From NCBI GenBank assembly GCA_964011675.1, contig CAXGPR010000007.1:4126-68125 (forward strand): a DNA stretch of 64,000 bases, written 5' to 3'. Positions 59,757-64,000 of the stretch are shown piece after piece. This DNA comes from an uncultured bacterium. Lineage in GTDB: Bacteria; Latescibacterota; UBA2968; UBA8231. A program made the position numbers and the translations under genes. Position 1 is the first letter of the stretch. Every line of letters begins with the position of its first letter. The notes under the pieces are model-generated. The model was not told the DNA's origin and ran no database searches. It saw only the letters and a list, made by a program, of their open reading frames with translations.

Positions 59757-62700
59757 TTAGTAAGTTTCAATGAGTCTGCTGTCTTCCAGTATGACGTCCA
59801 GGCATAGGCTCTGAAGTTCTTTAACCAAGACGTTAAACGATTCGGGTATGCCCGGCTCAGGCGGGTTATCTCCCTTGACGATTGCTTCGTATATCTTTGA
59901 CCTACCTGCTACGTCATCAGATTTAACCGTCAACATTTCTTGCAGCGTATAAGCCGCACCGTATGCTTCCAGAGCCCAAACTTCCATCTCGCCAAAGCGC
60001 TGGCCGCCAAACTGCGCTTTTCCGCCCAGCGGCTGCTGGGTGACTAGTGAATACGGGCCTATTGAACGAGCGTGGATTTTGTCCGCCACGAGGTGTGACA
60101 GCTTGAGCATGTATATATAGCCGACAGTGACGCGCTTGTCTAGCTTGTCTCCCGTTCGGCCATCATACAGCACCTGCTTACCGTCTTCGGCTAAACCCGC
60201 ATCTTTTAAAAGCCCTTTCACCTCGCTCAGCTCAGCACCATCAAAGACGGGCGTAGAGACATGCATTCCTAGGGCACTAGCTGCCATACCCAAGTGCGTT
60301 TCAAAAATCTGGCCGAGATTCATACGCGACGGCACACCAAGCGGGTTGAGTACGATATCGACTGGCCTGCCGTCCTCTCCAAATGGCATATCTTCTTCGG
60401 GGGCGATGTGGGCGACAACGCCTTTGTTACCGTGACGGCCAGCCATCTTATCCCCAACTGACAGCTTGCGCTTCTTAGCCACGTACACCTTGACAAGCTG
60501 AGCAATACCAGGCGGCAACTCATCACCGCGCGTTAGACGCTCAATATCGCGCTCTTTCTGCTCGTCTACCAGTTGTAGCTGTTCACCGGCATATCGCAAT
60601 AGTTGATCAACACGCGCGTCGACGTCATCTTCTCCAGTCCAACCGTCATCCGGAGCGACTGAAGTAAAATCAATGCGTTCTAAAAGGCGTTCGCTCATTT
60701 GAGTGCCTTCACGAACAACAACACTGTCGTCTTCCAGTGAACGCAAACGCCCCAGCTTTCGATCACCAACTATGTCGACCAACATCTGATTACGCTCGTT
60801 TAAAAGGCGCTCTTTTTTGCTCTCTGCCTCAGTTTCTATATCAGCAATCGCGTTTTTTTCTTTACGGCGAGATCCTTCACTCCTCTCCTTCCGAGAAAAA
60901 ACCTTGCGATCAATCACAACACCCTCCATGCCCGGAGGTGCTTTAAGCGAGGCATCTCTGACGTCTCCAGCCTTTTCACCGAAAATGGCTCTCAGTAAAC
61001 GCTCTTCAGGAGAAAGTTCGCTCTCACCCTTAGGAGTAACCTTACCGACCAAAATGTCGCCGGGGCCCACTTCGGCACCAACTCGTATAATTCCTTCATC
61101 ATCGATATTGCGAATAGCGGTCTCACTCACATTGGGAATCTCGCGCGTTATTTCCTCCTGACCGCGCTTGGTATCGCGCACCTGCAATTCGAATTCTTCT
61201 ATGTGAATTGAGGTGAATACATCGCGCTTCAGCAACCGCTCGCTAATTATTATGGCATCTTCAAAGTTATAACCATTCCAAGGCATAAATGCGACACGTA
61301 CATTCATACCAAGTGCAAGGTCTCCACGTTCGGTAGCAGCCCCATCGGCAAGCGGCTCGCCCTTGTCAACCGTATCCCCAACTTTGACCAATGGCCGCTG
61401 GTTGATACAGCAATCTTGATTAGAACGGGCAAATTTTGTGAGCTTATACTCGTCGGTGTCAGCAATATCCAATGGAGTCAACGGCGTGCTGTGTTTCTTA
61501 TCGCGCTGAACGACGACACGATTTGCGCTCACACTGACAACCTGACCCGGATTCCGGGCAACAATTACTGCACCTGAATCACGAGCGACTTTGCTTTCCA
61601 TACCCGTCCCGACAAAAGGAGCCTGCGTGAAAAGTAGAGGCACCGCTTGGCGCTGCATGTTCGAACCCATCAGCGCACGGTTAGCATCATCGTGTTCAAG
61701 AAATGGAATTAGCGCAGCTGCGGCACTAACCAACTGCTTGGGCGACACATCCATGTATTCTAGCTCGTCAGGCGTGACCATTGGATAGTCATCGCGACGA
61801 CGCGCTTTTACAAGTGGATTGACGAAATTACCTTTCTCGTCAATAGGTGCATTCGCTTGGGCAATGGTGTATTTGTCCTCTTCGGCTGCCGTAAGAAACT
61901 CTATTTCGTTTGAAACCCGTCCATTAATGACCCTGCGGTAAGGCGTTTCCAAAAAGCCGAATGCGTTTACACGAGCATACGTGCTTAGCGAGGAAATTAG
62001 GCCAATATTTGGCCCCTCAGGCGTCTCAATGGGACAGATACGACCGTAATGCGTGTAATGTACATCCCGCACTTCAAAACCAGCTCGATCGCGGCTTAGT
62101 CCACCCGGACCTAAAGCACTCAAACGGCGCTTGTGTGTGAGTTCGTCTAGCGGGTTGGTCTGCTGCATGAATTGCGACAGCTGACTGGAACCAAAAAACG
62201 CCTGGACAACCGTTGAAACAGTGCGTGCATTAACCAAGTCATGTGGAGTTACCTGATCCTCATCGCGTAAACTCATTCGCTCACGAATAGTGCGCGACAT
62301 ACGCGTTAAGCCTATGCTGAATTGGTTGGCCAGCAACTCACCCACTAAACGCACGCGGCGGTTACCGAGATGATCTATATCGTCGGTGTTGCCCTGTCCA
62401 ACACGCAATCCCATGAGATAGCGAATAATTGAGAGGAAATCCTCCATATACAAAATAGTGCTCTCAAAGGGAATGCCGACATCTAACCGCCGGTTGATGC
62501 GATACCGCCCAACGTCACCCAAGTTATAGCGTTTAGGTTGAAAGAAAAGCCGTTCAAGCAGGCCGCGTGCTGTTTCAATATTAGGGGGATCACCGGGACG
62601 AAGCAGGTTGTAAACACGCGTTAAAGCGTCTTCCTCACCTTCACTCGGATCTTTATTAAGCGTATTCTCCATGATGCCCGGATCGTTGCCTTGCGGAGCA

Positions 62701-63551
62701 ACCAGCACAGAGATTTTCTTAATACCGGCTTCCTGAAGTGCCGCAACGTTCTCATCGGTAATTAGGTCATGTGCCTCAAGTATGACTTCACCGGTGCTCT
62801 TGTTGATCACATCACTCCCTGAATTATGACGACCGGCCAACTCTTCATCGACGGAAACTTCGACGTCGTCGCGGAAAAGGCTTAGAACTTCTCCATCTTT
62901 GGAGAAACCCAGCGCCTTAAGAAGGAGCGTTACCGGCAGCTTGCGACGTCGGTCTATATGAACGTACATGATGTCGTTTATATCCATGCTGAACTCGAGC
63001 CACGGACCTTTAGCCGGCAAAATGCGAGCTGAATAGAGATCTTTGCCGTTAGGGTGCACTGTTTCATCAAAAAAGACGCCGGGCGACCGATGTAACTGAC
63101 TCACCACTACACGTTCGGCGCCATTGATGATGAACGTGCCTTGATTTGTCATAAGCGGCAGCTCGCCCAAAAATACAGACTGCTCAACAATGTCTTTTAC
63201 TGGTTTATCAGGGCTATCTTTATCCCGAGTAACCAAACGCAGAGTAGCGCGTAGTGGTGCAGCGAAAGTCATACCTCGCTCGCGACATTCTTCCTCACTA
63301 TAGCGCGGGTTACCTATAGAGTAATCCACGTAATCTAGCGAAAAGATACCGTGTGTGTCTGAAACGGGAAAAACACTCTCAAAAACTAGATTCAATCCTC
63401 TGCGCTGACGCCGCTTTGGTGCTATATCAAGTTGCAGAAATTCCTGATAGGAGTCGATCTGCACCGAGAGCAAATTCGGCATCTCCACAACCTCTTTAAT
63501 CTTACCGAAAGAGTGCCTCTCAATACTGCCATCAGTCTTGGCCAAAGTCAA
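59757..63551 (-). CDS. rpoB: DNA-directed RNA polymerase subunit beta
   Basis: 1264 aa. Rif-cluster region ([17 protein letters not shown]). Catalytic motifs near the C-terminus. Confidence 0.97.
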   Translation of the reverse strand: MTLAKTDGSIERHSFGKIKEVVEMPNLLSVQIDSYQEFLQLDIAPKRRQRRGLNLVFESVFPVSDTHGIFSLDYVDYSIGNPRYSEEECRERGMTFAAPLRATLRLVTRDKDSPDKPVKDIVEQSVFLGELPLMTNQGTFIINGAERVVVSQLHRSPGVFFDETVHPNGKDLYSARILPAKGPWLEFSMDINDIMYVHIDRRRKLPVTLLLKALGFSKDGEVLSLFRDDVEVSVDEELAGRHNSGSDVINKSTGEVILEAHDLITDENVAALQEAGIKKISVLVAPQGNDPGIMENTLNKDPSEGEEDALTRVYNLLRPGDPPNIETARGLLERLFFQPKRYNLGDVGRYRINRRLDVGIPFESTILYMEDFLSIIRYLMGLRVGQGNTDDIDHLGNRRVRLVGELLANQFSIGLTRMSRTIRERMSLRDEDQVTPHDLVNARTVSTVVQAFFGSSQLSQFMQQTNPLDELTHKRRLSALGPGGLSRDRAGFEVRDVHYTHYGRICPIETPEGPNIGLISSLSTYARVNAFGFLETPYRRVINGRVSNEIEFLTAAEEDKYTIAQANAPIDEKGNFVNPLVKARRRDDYPMVTPDELEYMDVSPKQLVSAAAALIPFLEHDDANRALMGSNMQRQAVPLLFTQAPFVGTGMESKVARDSGAVIVARNPGQVVSVSANRVVVQRDKKHSTPLTPLDIADTDEYKLTKFARSNQDCCINQRPLVKVGDTVDKGEPLADGAATERGDLALGMNVRVAFMPWNGYNFEDAIIISERLLKRDVFTSIHIEEFELQVRDTKRGQEEITREIPNVSETAIRNIDDEGIIRVGAEVGPGDILVGKVTPKGESELSPEERLLRAIFGEKAGDVRDASLKAPPGMEGVVIDRKVFSRKERSEGSRRKEKNAIADIETEAESKKERLLNERNQMLVDIVGDRKLGRLRSLEDDSVVVREGTQMSERLLERIDFTSVAPDDGWTGEDDVDARVDQLLRYAGEQLQLVDEQKERDIERLTRGDELPPGIAQLVKVYVAKKRKLSVGDKMAGRHGNKGVVAHIAPEEDMPFGEDGRPVDIVLNPLGVPSRMNLGQIFETHLGMAASALGMHVSTPVFDGAELSEVKGLLKDAGLAEDGKQVLYDGRTGDKLDKRVTVGYIYMLKLSHLVADKIHARSIGPYSLVTQQPLGGKAQFGGQRFGEMEVWALEAYGAAYTLQEMLTVKSDDVAGRSKIYEAIVKGDNPPEPGIPESFNVLVKELQSLCLDVILEDSRLIETY

Positions 63552-63575
63552 AACTCCTCATTGCTAGTTAAGGCA

Positions 63576-63634
63576 AAAGCTCACGGAGACCCCAACCTCT
63601 CAGTGAAAAGAAAAGCTGGCGAACCATGAGCTTT
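63576..63634 (-). promoter_or_regulatory. rplL-rpoB intergenic hairpin (attenuator-like)
   Basis: On the minus strand, aaagcucaUgg ...37-nt loop... ccGugagcuuu is an 11-bp stem with one G-U pair, followed by uuugccuu. Position matches the known rplL-rpoB attenuator of other bacteria. Confidence 0.3.
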
Positions 63635-63701
63635 AACTAATTACCGCAAAATGCAAAATATATACGGGAAAAATCAATGAAAGTGCCTAAGAATAAACCC
63701 T

Positions 63702-64000
63702 CTACTTAATCTCAACCGTAGCACCAGCTTCTTGCAGGCGATTCTGAAGGTCTTCGGCTTCTTCTTTGCTCACACCTTCCTTAACAGGCTTAGGTGCCTC
63801 ATCAACCATAGCCTTGGCCTCTTTCAATCCCAAGCTGGTAATTTCGCGCACGACCTTAATGACCTGAATCTTCTTATCACCAGCACCTGAAAGAATTACG
63901 TCAAAAGAATCTTTCTCTTCGGCTGCAGACTCGCCATCACCGGCAGGAGCTGCGCCACCAGCCATCATGACGGGTGCGGCGGCAGACACGCCAAACTTAT
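63702..64000 (-). CDS. rplL: 50S ribosomal protein L7/L12 (C-terminal part; the 5' end lies beyond the window edge)
   Basis: ...[66 protein letters not shown] is the canonical L7/L12 C-terminal domain. The ORF continues past 64000. Confidence 0.9.
   Translation of the reverse strand, partial: KFGVSAAAPVMMAGGAAPAGDGESAAEEKDSFDVILSGAGDKKIQVIKVVREITSLGLKEAKAMVDEAPKPVKEGVSKEEAEDLQNRLQEAGATVEIK

Noticed and set aside
55611-63551. Numerous 60-120-aa ORFs on the + strand inside rpoB/rpoC (e.g. 56173-56523, 60127-60435, 60817-61161)
   Set aside because: They are antisense to the long, strongly supported RNA polymerase genes and have no homolog-like sequence. They are chance ORFs of a GC-balanced genome.
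63702-63989. Treating 63989 as the start of rplL
   Set aside because: The Met at 63989 is internal. The L7/L12 N-terminal domain and hinge must lie beyond the window edge, so the gene is reported as partial.
1-64000. Searched for tRNA/tmRNA/RNase P/SRP hallmarks (GTTCRA T-loops, CCA-ending acceptor stems, GGAAAGTCCGG, tmRNA tag ORF) and for CRISPR-like direct repeats, transposase or integrase genes
   Set aside because: None found by eye. The only repeat tracts are the BatC coding microsatellite-like region and isolated hairpins. An Rfam scan would be needed to exclude small ncRNAs.

Overview
The window is a 64-kb stretch of bacterial chromosome, roughly 50% GC, with no tRNA genes, CRISPR arrays, IS elements or integrases found. 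The taxon is not resolved. The Bat/MoxR genes, the GldG/DUF4340-type ABC accessory genes and the LpoA-like gene suggest an FCB-group-like or related Gram-negative organism, but that is a guess.

**Positions 1-11.7 kb (mixed orientation):**
- the 3' part of an RND efflux pump gene
- a small secreted hypothetical protein
- an overlapping + strand operon of an inositol-monophosphatase-family protein, DNA polymerase X and uridine kinase
- a DUF342/FapA-like beta-helix protein
- a 626-bp gap with no convincing ORF
- an orphan REC-HisKA-HATPase hybrid kinase
- a Gfo/Idh/MocA oxidoreductase

**Positions 11.8-29.6 kb (minus strand, tightly packed, many overlapping start/stop codons):**
- a complete aerotolerance-type Bat locus (moxR, DUF58, DUF4381-like, batA, batB, batC, batD, batE)
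- a four-gene ABC module embedded inside it: ATPase, ABC-2 permease, a 1083-aa tandem double GldG-like accessory protein, and a DUF4340 protein
- upstream of it, a TPR lipoprotein-like gene, an FmdB zinc-ribbon gene and a TPR plus periplasmic-binding-domain (LpoA-like) gene

**Positions 29.7-38.3 kb:**
- a ClpX-family ATPase that lacks the zinc-binding domain and has no adjacent clpP
- a sigma-54 activator with a degenerate receiver domain
- lon
- an AT-richer orphan 499-aa lysine-rich ORF
- rlmD

**Positions 38.4-64 kb (minus strand):** a contiguous rif-str-S10-spc-alpha ribosomal super-cluster (rplL, rpoB, rpoC, rpsL, rpsG, fusA, tuf, rpsJ, ... rplQ). It has two oddities:
- rplC (L3) is absent between rpsJ and rplD.
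- secY is followed directly by rpmJ (L36, GTG start, missed by the ORF track) with no adk/map/infA.

Several intrinsic terminators and one orphan terminator (a candidate sRNA or leader) were also found.
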